Of a stretch of 48,370 nt of DNA, positions 7,595 to 17,547 are shown one piece after another. The DNA is from an uncultured virus (IMG/VR IMGVR_UViG_3300005239_000257). Lineage: Duplodnaviria; Heunggongvirae; Uroviricota; Caudoviricetes; Crassvirales. The DNA is taken from the IMG/VR virus record IMGVR_UViG_3300005239_000257, one strand, 5' to 3'. A model generated the notes under the pieces. It was not told the DNA's origin. It did no database searches and worked only from the letters and a program-made list of their open reading frames with translations. Every line of letters begins with the position of its first letter. Position 1 is the stretch's first letter. The translations under genes and the position numbers were made by a program.

Positions 7595-9721
7595 ATGGCT
7601 AAAATCAGTACATATACAATAGACTCTACTATAGAAGGTAACGATAAGTTACTTGGTACTGATTCTGCATCAACTTCAGCACTTGCTACAAGAAACTATA
7701 CAATTGATAGTTTAAAAGCTTTTATTAACAGTGGATCTCCGGCTAATATTACAGACACAATACCTCTTGGTTTTGCACTTACTGTAAATAGAGAAGGTTC
7801 AGCTTATGAAAGAGCTTTAGTAAGAACACTTGCGGGATCTACCCTTACTAATGTTGTTCTAAAAAGTGCTACAGTTAATACAGGAGCAGATATATATTTA
7901 AATACACTTGGCGATGGTCAAGTTTTTTTAATTATAAGAGATTACAACAATGGCTCTTTTGCTGTTGATTATGATTTACAAGATTTTGCAACAAATAATG
8001 CAACATGGCAAGGAACAATAGGCGGTGTTGCCCATACAGGTACAGTTACATCATTTAATGCGCCTGATTTTACAAATAGTAGTCAAGCGGCTAATCAAAC
8101 TCAATATGTTAATTCTGGTACAAACAGATATACAGACTGGGCGTTTAATGTTACTTTAGGTTCAGGTGAAACATACACAGGCGGTAAAGTTGCATTTACT
8201 GAATTTATATTTACAACTGGAGCTACTCAAATAGAAACTCAAGCTATAGGTACTTTTAGAGTAACACGTAATATTGAAGTTCCAGATGGTGATGTTACAA
8301 TAGGTACGTCTAATCCTTTAACAGATCCAAGAAACCTTACAGTACATGGTGATATAAAATTACCTGCATCTGAAAGTCGTATTAAATTTGGTGGAGATAC
8401 AAATAATGTGCTTATGAGCACAGATGGTAATGATCTTACTGTTTCAGGAACTGGAACTGGGTCAAATATTGTGACAAACCCCACTAGATTTACACAAGAT
8501 ATTATAAAAGATACCAATAATATTTCTACTGATGGTAGAACTATTATGGGTCAAAATACATTTACAGCTATAAACACTGATGGCACAAGAGGTGTTTTGT
8601 CTAACAATGGTGTTGAATTACAAAATTCTTCAGGTGTTGCTTTATCAGAGCAACAAGTGTCAGGTAATGCACCACAAGGTAGTTTAACAAATCAAGGTTA
8701 TCTTACAGCTATAAAAATAGATAATAATTGGTTTCAAATGCCAACATTATCTTCAGGTGTAGCAGAGGCTTTACCTGGACTAAGCGAAACTTTAGCTGGT
8801 CCACCATCTGCTATTACAACAGGCCGTTTCTTTTACGGTACTCAAAATGCTGCAGGAGCTTTATTCCAATCAGCTACTTCACCAACATCTTTAACCACAC
8901 CTGAGAGTATAGCACAAGATGCTACTTCAATAACTGTTTCATCTGGTAACAGAACAGATTATGAAGCTATGTTTGCCGCAACACCTACTGGTCAAAATTT
9001 ATATTTTGTTGATAGTACATATACTACAGCATTTCCAGCAGCTGGTGGTCAAATATTAGATGCTTCTGTTAATATATACTTAGTTGTTTCTTTTGATACA
9101 GTAACTTATGTAACTGTATTTGGTAGACAGGGCTATGGTTCATTAAATATATCAACAAGTACATTTAATGTTGATTCAGAAACTATTAAGCTAAACACTA
9201 TACCTCAAGCTGTTAAAAGTAATTTTTTATATTACGATACAGCTACAAAAGAAGTATCACACAATCCATTAGATGTATTAGGATCTGCAAATGGTGCTAC
9301 ATATGACTTTGGTGGCAATACTGATGTACCTGTTGTATCTATAGACTTTGATAACTTTATAATATCAGCACCAGCTAATGGTATTGTTACACTTAAACAA
9401 GGTTATACTTATGGAGGCGCTTTAGGTGATTCAGGTGCACATATAGCAGCTGATTGGTATTATTATATTTTAGATAATATAACAGCTAATAAATCTCTCA
9501 CACTTCCAGCAGGCACAGTGGGAGCAAGTATAAAATTTACTAATTTAAATGGTTATAATTCATCAGGAGTATACTCTACGCCAAGTTATGATTGGACTAT
9601 CAATCCTAATGGAAGCGATAAGATAATGAGAGCAAGCTCATTAGCTGTTTCTAATCAAAGTAAATTTGAATTATTTTACACAGACGCAGCGAATGGCTGG
9701 GTTTTAAACGGAAATAACTAA
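7595..9721 (+). CDS. tail fibre / virion appendage protein
   Basis: N-terminal MAKISTY...DKLLGTD...TRNYTI module shared with 11589; C-terminal LTLPAGTVG...NGSDKIM...GWVL module shared with several neighbours. Confidence 0.75.
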   Translation: MAKISTYTIDSTIEGNDKLLGTDSASTSALATRNYTIDSLKAFINSGSPANITDTIPLGFALTVNREGSAYERALVRTLAGSTLTNVVLKSATVNTGADIYLNTLGDGQVFLIIRDYNNGSFAVDYDLQDFATNNATWQGTIGGVAHTGTVTSFNAPDFTNSSQAANQTQYVNSGTNRYTDWAFNVTLGSGETYTGGKVAFTEFIFTTGATQIETQAIGTFRVTRNIEVPDGDVTIGTSNPLTDPRNLTVHGDIKLPASESRIKFGGDTNNVLMSTDGNDLTVSGTGTGSNIVTNPTRFTQDIIKDTNNISTDGRTIMGQNTFTAINTDGTRGVLSNNGVELQNSSGVALSEQQVSGNAPQGSLTNQGYLTAIKIDNNWFQMPTLSSGVAEALPGLSETLAGPPSAITTGRFFYGTQNAAGALFQSATSPTSLTTPESIAQDATSITVSSGNRTDYEAMFAATPTGQNLYFVDSTYTTAFPAAGGQILDASVNIYLVVSFDTVTYVTVFGRQGYGSLNISTSTFNVDSETIKLNTIPQAVKSNFLYYDTATKEVSHNPLDVLGSANGATYDFGGNTDVPVVSIDFDNFIISAPANGIVTLKQGYTYGGALGDSGAHIAADWYYYILDNITANKSLTLPAGTVGASIKFTNLNGYNSSGVYSTPSYDWTINPNGSDKIMRASSLAVSNQSKFELFYTDAANGWVLNGNN

Positions 9722-10035
9722 TGGGACTAACAATAGATTTACCACAAGCAGGAATACTAGGTATTTCAGGCGCTCAAGCTTTTGAAATAGTAGCTAATAC
9801 TACAATGAGTATTAATAGAATATATGTTTGTAAGCAAGCACCTGATTTTACTATAACACTACCTACAACAGTAACCGCTGATGGAGGTGAAGTTCTTGTA
9901 AAAAAAGTAGGTGCTCAAACTGTAACAGTAGCTTCTGCACTTATAGAAGGTACTATTCAATCACTAACAATAACAAACAACCAAGCAGTTAGATTTGTAT
10001 ATATCAATGCTACTTTTGGTTGGTTAATAACTTAA
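9721..10035 (+). CDS. small tail-fibre-associated protein
   Basis: FTITLP...GWLI module homologous to C-termini of 7595 and 13658. Confidence 0.65.
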   Translation: MGLTIDLPQAGILGISGAQAFEIVANTTMSINRIYVCKQAPDFTITLPTTVTADGGEVLVKKVGAQTVTVASALIEGTIQSLTITNNQAVRFVYINATFGWLIT

Positions 10036-10038
10036 GCT

Positions 10039-10251
10039 ATGCCAGACGTTAAAACATTTTATCCAGGTGCAACAGCAAGTAATACAATAAATAATTCTAC
10101 AGATGCAGCTATAGCTGTTGTTGGAAACACTGTTGATGATCAAAATCAAGCAAATAATGCTAAAGTTTGGACTGGAACAGCTGCTCAATATCAAGCTTTA
10201 GTTACAGCAGGTACTGTAGATGCTGATACACTATATTTTACAATATTATAA
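10039..10251 (+). CDS. short tail fibre connector-type protein
   Basis: WTGTAAQYQAL...DADTLYF motif typical of phage fibre linker modules. Confidence 0.65.
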   Translation: MPDVKTFYPGATASNTINNSTDAAIAVVGNTVDDQNQANNAKVWTGTAAQYQALVTAGTVDADTLYFTIL

Positions 10252-11574
10252 ATGCCATTATATAAAGGAACTGTCGAGGTTACCGGAGGAGGCTTGTATA
10301 AAGGCTCTACTGAGATTGAAAATGGTTATAAAACCAATCAGTTTTTTTACGAGAATTTATCAACAATTTCTTGGGTGGCACCAACAGGTCAAGGACTAAC
10401 TTATAGCGTACCTACACCACAGACGCAAACTAAAGATGGTGGTTTAGCTATAGATACAGTAACTTTTACTATAACAAATGCCGCGGCTAATATACAAGGA
10501 ACTGTTGCTATATCAGGAATGCCTCCAGGATTAACTTTTACACAAGTTAACAGTGGTGCAGGTCTTGGTAACACTATAACTATAACTATAGATGGATTAA
10601 TGCCAGAAGATAGTTATTTTAATACTCTTTTAACTATCTCAGGTGTAACTGGATCTACTAATTACAATGCACATTTTTTAATGTGTGGTGGAGGTGGAAC
10701 AAACATAGGTGCAGGCGGCGGAGGTGTTAGAACTTCTTGGGGTTCAGTATCAGGAGGTGGTGCAGCAGCTGAATCACAATTAGCAATGGTTGCTGGTCAA
10801 GATTATACCATAACCATAAATAATCCTACAACAAATTCTACTAACACATCTTGTTCTGGAGCACCGTTTTATTATAATTGTGCAGGAAGCCCAGATTATG
10901 TGGTATGGATAGCTAGAACTGGCGGTACTGTAAGTATTGTAGGAGGTGCTATAAACAAAACCGTAGTAGGTGGAGCTGCTGGTGTAAATAGTGATCCTAA
11001 TCCTTTTTCTGGAGCAAGTATTCACAGAATACACTCAAATGGAATCGCAGGTGCTGGTGGTGGTGGAGCTCGTGCTTACTCTATGAACCTTGGAACTCAA
11101 ACATCATATGGAGGATCTGGTGAGCCTGGTCAAGGTTTTGGTGGTGGTACTGCTACAGCAAGAAACAATAATGTATATGGCGGTGGTGGCGGTGCTGGCG
11201 GTGCTGGAGGAAGCGCAAATGTTCAATATAGCAATTTTATTGCAGCTGCTGGATTACCACTGCAAAACGATATAACTGGAACCGCATATAATTATGGATC
11301 TGGTTATGGATCTGGTCAATTAAGCCCTACAAACTATGGAGCAGCTGTAGGTGCTGGAACTAGCTCGACCACTTTAGATTACGACTTTACTGCAGCTAGC
11401 AATATGGGTGTTTTTGTATTAAGGATGCCAACAGTTAATTTTGGATCTATAACAGGTACATTAAATATAGACTACACTAAAACAACTATTGGTACAGACA
11501 CTGTATTAACAATATTTGGAGGAAATGGTAGTGCTAACGGTGGCATAGGACAACAGCTTGTTTATACAGCTTAA
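10252..11574 (+). CDS. glycine-rich tail fibre / receptor-binding protein
   Basis: Ig-like GMPPGLTF segment then Gly-rich domain (GAGGGGVRTS, GGGGGAGG, GVFVLR). Confidence 0.75.
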   Translation: MPLYKGTVEVTGGGLYKGSTEIENGYKTNQFFYENLSTISWVAPTGQGLTYSVPTPQTQTKDGGLAIDTVTFTITNAAANIQGTVAISGMPPGLTFTQVNSGAGLGNTITITIDGLMPEDSYFNTLLTISGVTGSTNYNAHFLMCGGGGTNIGAGGGGVRTSWGSVSGGGAAAESQLAMVAGQDYTITINNPTTNSTNTSCSGAPFYYNCAGSPDYVVWIARTGGTVSIVGGAINKTVVGGAAGVNSDPNPFSGASIHRIHSNGIAGAGGGGARAYSMNLGTQTSYGGSGEPGQGFGGGTATARNNNVYGGGGGAGGAGGSANVQYSNFIAAAGLPLQNDITGTAYNYGSGYGSGQLSPTNYGAAVGAGTSSTTLDYDFTAASNMGVFVLRMPTVNFGSITGTLNIDYTKTTIGTDTVLTIFGGNGSANGGIGQQLVYTA

Positions 11575-11588
11575 ATAAAAAATAAAAA

Positions 11589-12284
11589 ATGGCAAGAATA
11601 AAACTTTATCCCAATGATACTGCTATAACTGGTGGTGATAGACTTGTTGGAACTGATATAAACGGTAATGCTACAAAAAATTACCAGATAGAAGAACTTG
11701 CTCAATATTTTCAACAAACAACAGATGCATTATTTCAATATAATTTTGCAGGAACTTACAGTACTGAAGTAATAAACACAGGGGAATATAGATACCAAGT
11801 TAATCCATCTGCACCAATAATATACAATTGGGCACAAATAACTGGAATAGCTGTAAGTAGATATAATATAAATGGTGAAGATATAACACCAATGATACCT
11901 GTGTTGGTCAATAGTATTATAAAAATAACAGATATTGGAACATCTACAAGTTTAGGTTATGGTCTTTATAGAGTTACTTCTTCTACATCTTTGAGTAATG
12001 GAGCAGCTTATTTACTAACATTAGTACCTCAAGGAGCAGTAAGTACTGTAGGTAATAATGTTATATCTTTAGCTCCTTTTGGATCAGGATCTTTTGAATA
12101 TGTAGAAGATTTTTCATTAGCAACAGCTACATGGGTAATTAATCATAATCTAGGAAAATATCCTAGTGTTTCAACAGTTGATTCAGCTGGAAGTATAATA
12201 AATGGAGCTATAACTTATAATAACGAAAACAAAATAACTGTAGTATTTACATCTGCAACAAGCGGTAAAGCATATTTAAACTAA
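11589..12284 (+). CDS. virion structural protein
   Basis: N-terminal module like 7595; C-terminal WVINHNLGKYPSV...SGKAYLN fibre motif. Confidence 0.75.
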   Translation: MARIKLYPNDTAITGGDRLVGTDINGNATKNYQIEELAQYFQQTTDALFQYNFAGTYSTEVINTGEYRYQVNPSAPIIYNWAQITGIAVSRYNINGEDITPMIPVLVNSIIKITDIGTSTSLGYGLYRVTSSTSLSNGAAYLLTLVPQGAVSTVGNNVISLAPFGSGSFEYVEDFSLATATWVINHNLGKYPSVSTVDSAGSIINGAITYNNENKITVVFTSATSGKAYLN

Positions 12285-12289
12285 AAAAA

Positions 12290-13654
12290 ATGGCAATAAA
12301 TTTCTTAAACAATCTTGATTTAAACAAGAATCAGCTACAAAATGCTGTAATACAGGTTTTAGGCACAGCGCCTTCAAATCCTGTATCTGGCCAGATATAT
12401 TATGACTCTTCGGATAATAATGTATATTACTATAATGGTACCGCATGGACATCATTCTCTGGTGATATTACTGAGATAACAACAAGTACAGCGAATCAAT
12501 TAACTGTAACTAATGGTACTGGCCCTATAGCTCAACTAGCTATTATTACAGCTACAGTCGCAAACAACAGTACTGCACTTGCTACAGGTGATCAAATATA
12601 CGATTTTGTAATAGGTACACCTATAAGTTCATTAGCGGCAGCAACTGCTAATGTTGACATGGGTAGTAACAAAATTATTAGCGTTACTGATCCTACATCT
12701 GCACAAGATGCAGCTACAAAAGCATACGTTGACAATGCTGTGGTTGGTGGTTTAACTTATAAAGGTGGTTATGATGCCACTACAAACACACCTGACTTAG
12801 ATTCATCAACAAGTGCAGCTACATATACTATAACAGTATCAAATGCTTCTGGTGCTAATAAATACTACGTAGATGGTATACAGCAGCAAACTTTAACATT
12901 AATAGAAGGAACTACATATACTATAAATCAAGATGATGCTAGTAATGCATCACATCCTTTAATACTAAGTACATCAGCTGTTGCAGCTGGTAACTATAGT
13001 ACTGGCGTAACATATACTTTAGATGGTTCTACAGTAACTTACACTAATTATATAAGTGGATTTGCAGCAGCAACTCAAAGAAGACTTACAGTTACATTAG
13101 GAGCAGGTACGCCAAGCTTAAGTTACATATGTTACTACCATCAAAATATGGGTAACAGCGTTAGTGGTGGTAATATAGCTATAGCTGTTGGTGATACATA
13201 TACCGTAACTGCAGATGGTTTATTTTTCTCAGAACAAGTAAGAGTAGGTGACTTTTTAATAGCAGAAGTAGCTACAGCAGCAGCAGCTGGTAGTGCACTA
13301 GCTAATTGGACAGTTGTTCAGAGTAATATAGATATAGCTACAGCAGCGGCAACTTCAGGTGGTGCTATAAAAGGTATATCTGGTTATGATTCTGCAGACT
13401 TTACTGTAGACACAGCTGGTTGGGTACAGCTTGCAAATAAAACATTTACAGCATCAATAGGTAATGGATCAGCTACATCATATACCATTACACACAATTT
13501 AAATAGTTTTGATGTTATAGTACAACTTTATGATTTATCAACTTATGATACAGTATATGCTGATGTTGTAAGAACAAGTGCTAATATTGTTACAGTAAGC
13601 TTTACAACAGCACCAACAACAAATGATATAAGAGTACTTATTCAAGAAATATAA
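12290..13654 (+). CDS. tail fibre protein with inserted cupredoxin-like domain
   Basis: DPTSAQDAATKAYVD fibre motif, ITHNLNS C-terminal motif, internal SHPL...CYYHQNMG. Confidence 0.75.
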   Translation: MAINFLNNLDLNKNQLQNAVIQVLGTAPSNPVSGQIYYDSSDNNVYYYNGTAWTSFSGDITEITTSTANQLTVTNGTGPIAQLAIITATVANNSTALATGDQIYDFVIGTPISSLAAATANVDMGSNKIISVTDPTSAQDAATKAYVDNAVVGGLTYKGGYDATTNTPDLDSSTSAATYTITVSNASGANKYYVDGIQQQTLTLIEGTTYTINQDDASNASHPLILSTSAVAAGNYSTGVTYTLDGSTVTYTNYISGFAAATQRRLTVTLGAGTPSLSYICYYHQNMGNSVSGGNIAIAVGDTYTVTADGLFFSEQVRVGDFLIAEVATAAAAGSALANWTVVQSNIDIATAAATSGGAIKGISGYDSADFTVDTAGWVQLANKTFTASIGNGSATSYTITHNLNSFDVIVQLYDLSTYDTVYADVVRTSANIVTVSFTTAPTTNDIRVLIQEI

Positions 13655-13657
13655 TTT

Positions 13658-15268
13658 ATGGCTTCAAAGTTTAAAAGTTCAGTAGAAATTGATGGTTATC
13701 TATCAATATCAAGCGGGAACTGGATACAAGTACCGGATGGTACTACTGCCCAGCGCCCAGGTTCGCCTGCGGTTGGTATGTTTAGATATAATACTACTAC
13801 AGCTGAATTTGAAGGTTACTTTGGCTCAACTCCAGCTTGGGGTGCAATAGGTGGTGGTGGTAGCGGTACAGTTACTGAAGCATTTAAAACTTTTGCAGTA
13901 TCAGGACAATCAAGTATTGTAGCTGATGGTCCTACAGATACATTAACTATAGCTGCTGGTAATAATATTAGCTTAACTACAGATGCTGCAACAGACACGC
14001 TTACAATTGCATCTACAGGAGGATCTGGTGGTGGTACGGTAACAATACAAAGAAATAACTATACTGGTGACGGATCAACAGTAGCGTATGGTGTTTCATC
14101 TACAGTAGTATCAGAAAACAATATACAGATATACTTAGACGGTGTTTATCAAGACAAAGACACTTTTACAGCTACAGGAACTACAGTAACATTTGGCACA
14201 GCACCTCCAACAGGTACTGAAATAGAAATAATGCACTATGTTGCAGTCGATGGTGTTATTGAAGTTGATGAATTTGTAGGTGACGGTACAACAACTAATT
14301 TTTCTACATCACTTTCTATAATTAATGAAGATGCAACAACAGTATTTGTAAGTGGTGTTTATCAGTCTAAGTTAACATATCAAACTACAGGTAATGTAGT
14401 ATCATTTACAACAGCACCGCCAAATGGTGCTAATATAGAAATAGTTCATGTAAAAGCTTTAGCTTTAAGTGGATTTAATAAGAATAACTTTGTAGGTACA
14501 GGTTCTCAAACAGCATTTACTTTAAATACAACTGTTAACGAAGAGAATATGACCTTTGTATTTTTAGAAGGTATATACCAAGATAAAAGTACGTATGGTA
14601 TATCAGGGACTACATTAACTTTTTCTACTGCACCACAAAATGGTTATAATATAGAAGTAATGGTGTTAGGTGCTATATCAGCATCGACTAATGCTTTATA
14701 TACAGATACTTTTACAGGTGATGGATCACAAACAGCATATGCTCTAGGTATAACACCAGTAGATTTAAATGCTATTGAAGTATATTTAAATGGTTTATAT
14801 CAAAATGTAAGTACTCTTACATTATCTGCTAATACAGTTACATTTGCTACAGCACCACCTAGTGGTGTTATAATAGAAATAAGATCTGTAGGGTTTTTAA
14901 ATTCAGGTGGTACATTAGCACCTGCAACTTTAACAGGTGGTACAGGAATTAATGTAACAACTAATTCACCTAATAACTTTACCATAGCACAAAATATAAC
15001 ACCTAATGTAATATCTACAAATACTACAGCAGCAACAGGAAGAGTTTATGTATTAACTGCTAGTTTAGCTTTAACACTTCCAGCAGGTGTATTAGGAGAA
15101 AGTTTACAAATAAGTAATAGATCTGCCGTTGAAACATGTACAGTTGTACCAGCTGGATCAGATAAAATAATGGGTAGTGCAACTACAATGACATTAGATA
15201 CAGCTGCTGCTAGCTTTGAATTAATATTTACAGGAACAGCTCAAGGATGGGTAATAATAGGACAATAA
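13658..15268 (+). CDS. tail fibre protein with four tandem beta-sandwich repeats
   Basis: PDGTTAQRP...GMFRYNTT..FEGY motif; four repeats of [FY][TV]G[DT]G...GxYQ...FxTAP..G..IE. Confidence 0.8.
   Translation: MASKFKSSVEIDGYLSISSGNWIQVPDGTTAQRPGSPAVGMFRYNTTTAEFEGYFGSTPAWGAIGGGGSGTVTEAFKTFAVSGQSSIVADGPTDTLTIAAGNNISLTTDAATDTLTIASTGGSGGGTVTIQRNNYTGDGSTVAYGVSSTVVSENNIQIYLDGVYQDKDTFTATGTTVTFGTAPPTGTEIEIMHYVAVDGVIEVDEFVGDGTTTNFSTSLSIINEDATTVFVSGVYQSKLTYQTTGNVVSFTTAPPNGANIEIVHVKALALSGFNKNNFVGTGSQTAFTLNTTVNEENMTFVFLEGIYQDKSTYGISGTTLTFSTAPQNGYNIEVMVLGAISASTNALYTDTFTGDGSQTAYALGITPVDLNAIEVYLNGLYQNVSTLTLSANTVTFATAPPSGVIIEIRSVGFLNSGGTLAPATLTGGTGINVTTNSPNNFTIAQNITPNVISTNTTAATGRVYVLTASLALTLPAGVLGESLQISNRSAVETCTVVPAGSDKIMGSATTMTLDTAAASFELIFTGTAQGWVIIGQ
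14915..14982 (+). repeat. 68-nt repeat, second copy at 17548-17615
   Basis: Both copies encode LAPATLTGGTGINVTTNSPNNFT with only synonymous differences. Confidence 0.9.
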
Positions 15269-15269
15269 T

Positions 15270-16034
15270 ATGAGTAATTTTACAGATTTTTTTCCAGCCG
15301 CAGGTGGTGGAGGTGGTATTGGACAAACAATAACAGTAGGAGATTATAGTTATCCTAATGCACAGAGTTTAGCTACTTTTACAAGTAATAAACTTACAAT
15401 TTTTGCTGGTACTTATGGTAGTGGTACGGGTGAGAGTAATTTAAACATTCAAATGTCTAGCTTAACTCAACCAGCTGGAACAATGTATGTAAAAAGAATG
15501 GCTACGGCTGATACTTATGAAACTGTTGCGGATATTACAAGCTCTACTAATGGAGGTGGTTGCTATGCAATATTAGGTTTTTGTGGAGATAACAACACAG
15601 GAGCAAATAAAAACTGGACAGCTAGAATAACATTAGATGGAGGAACAGCTACAGAATATGCTTACGCTCCAATTCCAGCTAGTGCTGGAAATACAAGACG
15701 TAATTTTGTAGCTATGGGACAAGCTTGGCTTATGGCAAGTTGTTATGACAGTAGCTATCCACTTATTCTTTCATCTAGAACTCAAATGATTACTGGTGAT
15801 GGAGCACGTGGTTTATATAATTATTATGATGCTACAACAGGCGGATATACTAATCAAAATCATTGGAATAATTCAGGTATAAAATGCAATTTTGATATGA
15901 TAGATGCAGGTACTGCTTCTATGCAGGGATTGCCTTATTTACATTTTACCACTTCTTTAAAAGTTGAAATGAAACTTCAAAACACCACAGTAATGAGTAA
16001 TGCATATGCGGGAGCATCAATATTAGAATTTTAA
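15270..16034 (+). CDS. putative receptor-binding / tail tip protein
   Basis: MSNFTDFFPAAGGGGG N-terminus; located in fibre island. Confidence 0.65.
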   Translation: MSNFTDFFPAAGGGGGIGQTITVGDYSYPNAQSLATFTSNKLTIFAGTYGSGTGESNLNIQMSSLTQPAGTMYVKRMATADTYETVADITSSTNGGGCYAILGFCGDNNTGANKNWTARITLDGGTATEYAYAPIPASAGNTRRNFVAMGQAWLMASCYDSSYPLILSSRTQMITGDGARGLYNYYDATTGGYTNQNHWNNSGIKCNFDMIDAGTASMQGLPYLHFTTSLKVEMKLQNTTVMSNAYAGASILEF

Positions 16035-16037
16035 TTA

Positions 16038-16128
16038 ATGGCGTTAACAAAATTAACAAAGAACTTAATAGACGGAACTTTTGGTACCGAATGGGTATCA
16101 ACAATCCAGACAAGTAATTTTACAGCTG
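16038..16128 (+). repeat. near-identical 5' ends of paralogous fibre genes (second copy 18855-18945)
   Basis: 91 nt with two visible mismatches. Confidence 0.9.
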
Positions 16129-17255
16129 AAGCTGGTAAAGGTTATTTTGTTAACACAACTAGTCAAGTTTTATACGTAACCTTACCAGTGGGTGTTGTAG
16201 GTATGGAAATAATTATTCAAGACTATGCTGGTACTTTTGCAACTAATAAAGTTGTAATCCAAAGCAATGGTTCTGAAAAAATTCAAGGGGCTACTAATGA
16301 TGGTAAATTAACAACTAATAATGCTACAGCTACACTGGTATATCAAGATGCAACTAAAGGTTGGACAGGACAAGATGTAAGTTTAGTGCCACTAGAAACA
16401 TCAGTAGAATATTTAGTTGTTGCTGGTGGTGGCGGTGGTGGCAAAGGCTCTGGAGGCGGAGGCGGTGGTGCTGGAGGTTATAGAACTAATTTTGGTGGAA
16501 CCGCTGTAACTTTAAATGATAGTACAAATTATGTAGTTACTATAGGTGGTGGAGGGGCTGGTTCAACATTAGCAGCTTCAAGACCTGGGAACGGAAGTGA
16601 TTCAGTTTTTAATACTATTACATCTGCTGGAGGCGGAGGTGGTGGTTGTGAAGGAGGTGGAATAGGAAATGGTGTCAGCGGTGGATCCGGTGGTGGGGGT
16701 AATTTTGGAGATTCTGGTGCATCTGGGAATACGCCATCAACAACACCTAGTCAAGGTAGTAGTGGAGGTTCAGGTGCATCTGGTCCGCCTTCAAGTTATT
16801 CTGGAGGTGGAGGTGGAGGAGCTTCTGCAAATGGAGGTGGCGCTAGTGGTGGTACTGGAGGAAATGGTGGTAATGGTGCTTCAAATTCAATAACTGGTTC
16901 CGCAGTAACATACGCCGGCGGTGGTGGTGGTGGAAGCCAAGATGGCGGTAACCCTGGAACATTTGGAACAGGTGGTACAGGCGGTGGTGGAAATGGGATG
17001 CCATATCACGGGGGGACTCCTGTTGCACCCACATCAGCTCAAAATGGAACTGTAAATACTGGAGGTGGTGCTGGGGGAGGTGCGTCTTCGGATGGTACAT
17101 CTTCTCCTTCAGGAGGATCAGGTATAATTATATTACGCTATACAGATACTAAAACTTTAACTGCAACAGGAACACTAGTACAAAGTACAGCTACTGATGG
17201 AAGTTCAAAAGTAACAACCATTACTGCAGGAACAGGAAATATACAATTAAACTAA
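16038..17255 (+). CDS. glycine-rich tail fibre protein, copy 1
   Basis: MALTKLTKNLIDGTFGTEW N-terminus, GKGYFVNTT module, Gly-rich domain ending GSGIIILRY...GTGNIQ. Confidence 0.85.
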   Translation: MALTKLTKNLIDGTFGTEWVSTIQTSNFTAEAGKGYFVNTTSQVLYVTLPVGVVGMEIIIQDYAGTFATNKVVIQSNGSEKIQGATNDGKLTTNNATATLVYQDATKGWTGQDVSLVPLETSVEYLVVAGGGGGGKGSGGGGGGAGGYRTNFGGTAVTLNDSTNYVVTIGGGGAGSTLAASRPGNGSDSVFNTITSAGGGGGGCEGGGIGNGVSGGSGGGGNFGDSGASGNTPSTTPSQGSSGGSGASGPPSSYSGGGGGGASANGGGASGGTGGNGGNGASNSITGSAVTYAGGGGGGSQDGGNPGTFGTGGTGGGGNGMPYHGGTPVAPTSAQNGTVNTGGGAGGGASSDGTSSPSGGSGIIILRYTDTKTLTATGTLVQSTATDGSSKVTTITAGTGNIQLN

Positions 17256-17259
17256 TAAT

Positions 17260-17527
17260 ATGGCACATTATGCATTTTTAGATATGGCTAACGTAGTAAC
17301 CGAAGTAATAGTAGGTAGAAACGAAGGCGATACCAATACAAACTGGGAATTAGAATATCAAGATGTAAGAAAACAAGTTTGTAAAAGAACTTCTTACAAT
17401 ACACAAGGTGGTGTACACTCAGGTGATGGTACTCCATATAGAAAAAATTATGCAGGCATAGGATATACTTTTGACTATGCCCGCGATGCTTTTATTCCAC
17501 CTAAACCATATGCTAGCTGGACGCTAG
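17260..17527 (+). CDS. MAHYA-type fibre-associated protein, copy 1 (truncated by gap)
   Basis: Near-identical to 20104-20371; the fusion to the downstream sequence in the ORF track is across Ns. Confidence 0.8.
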
Positions 17528-17547
17528 NNNNNNNNNNNNNNNNNNNN
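17528..17547. other. assembly gap (N run)
   Basis: 20 Ns. Confidence 1.
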
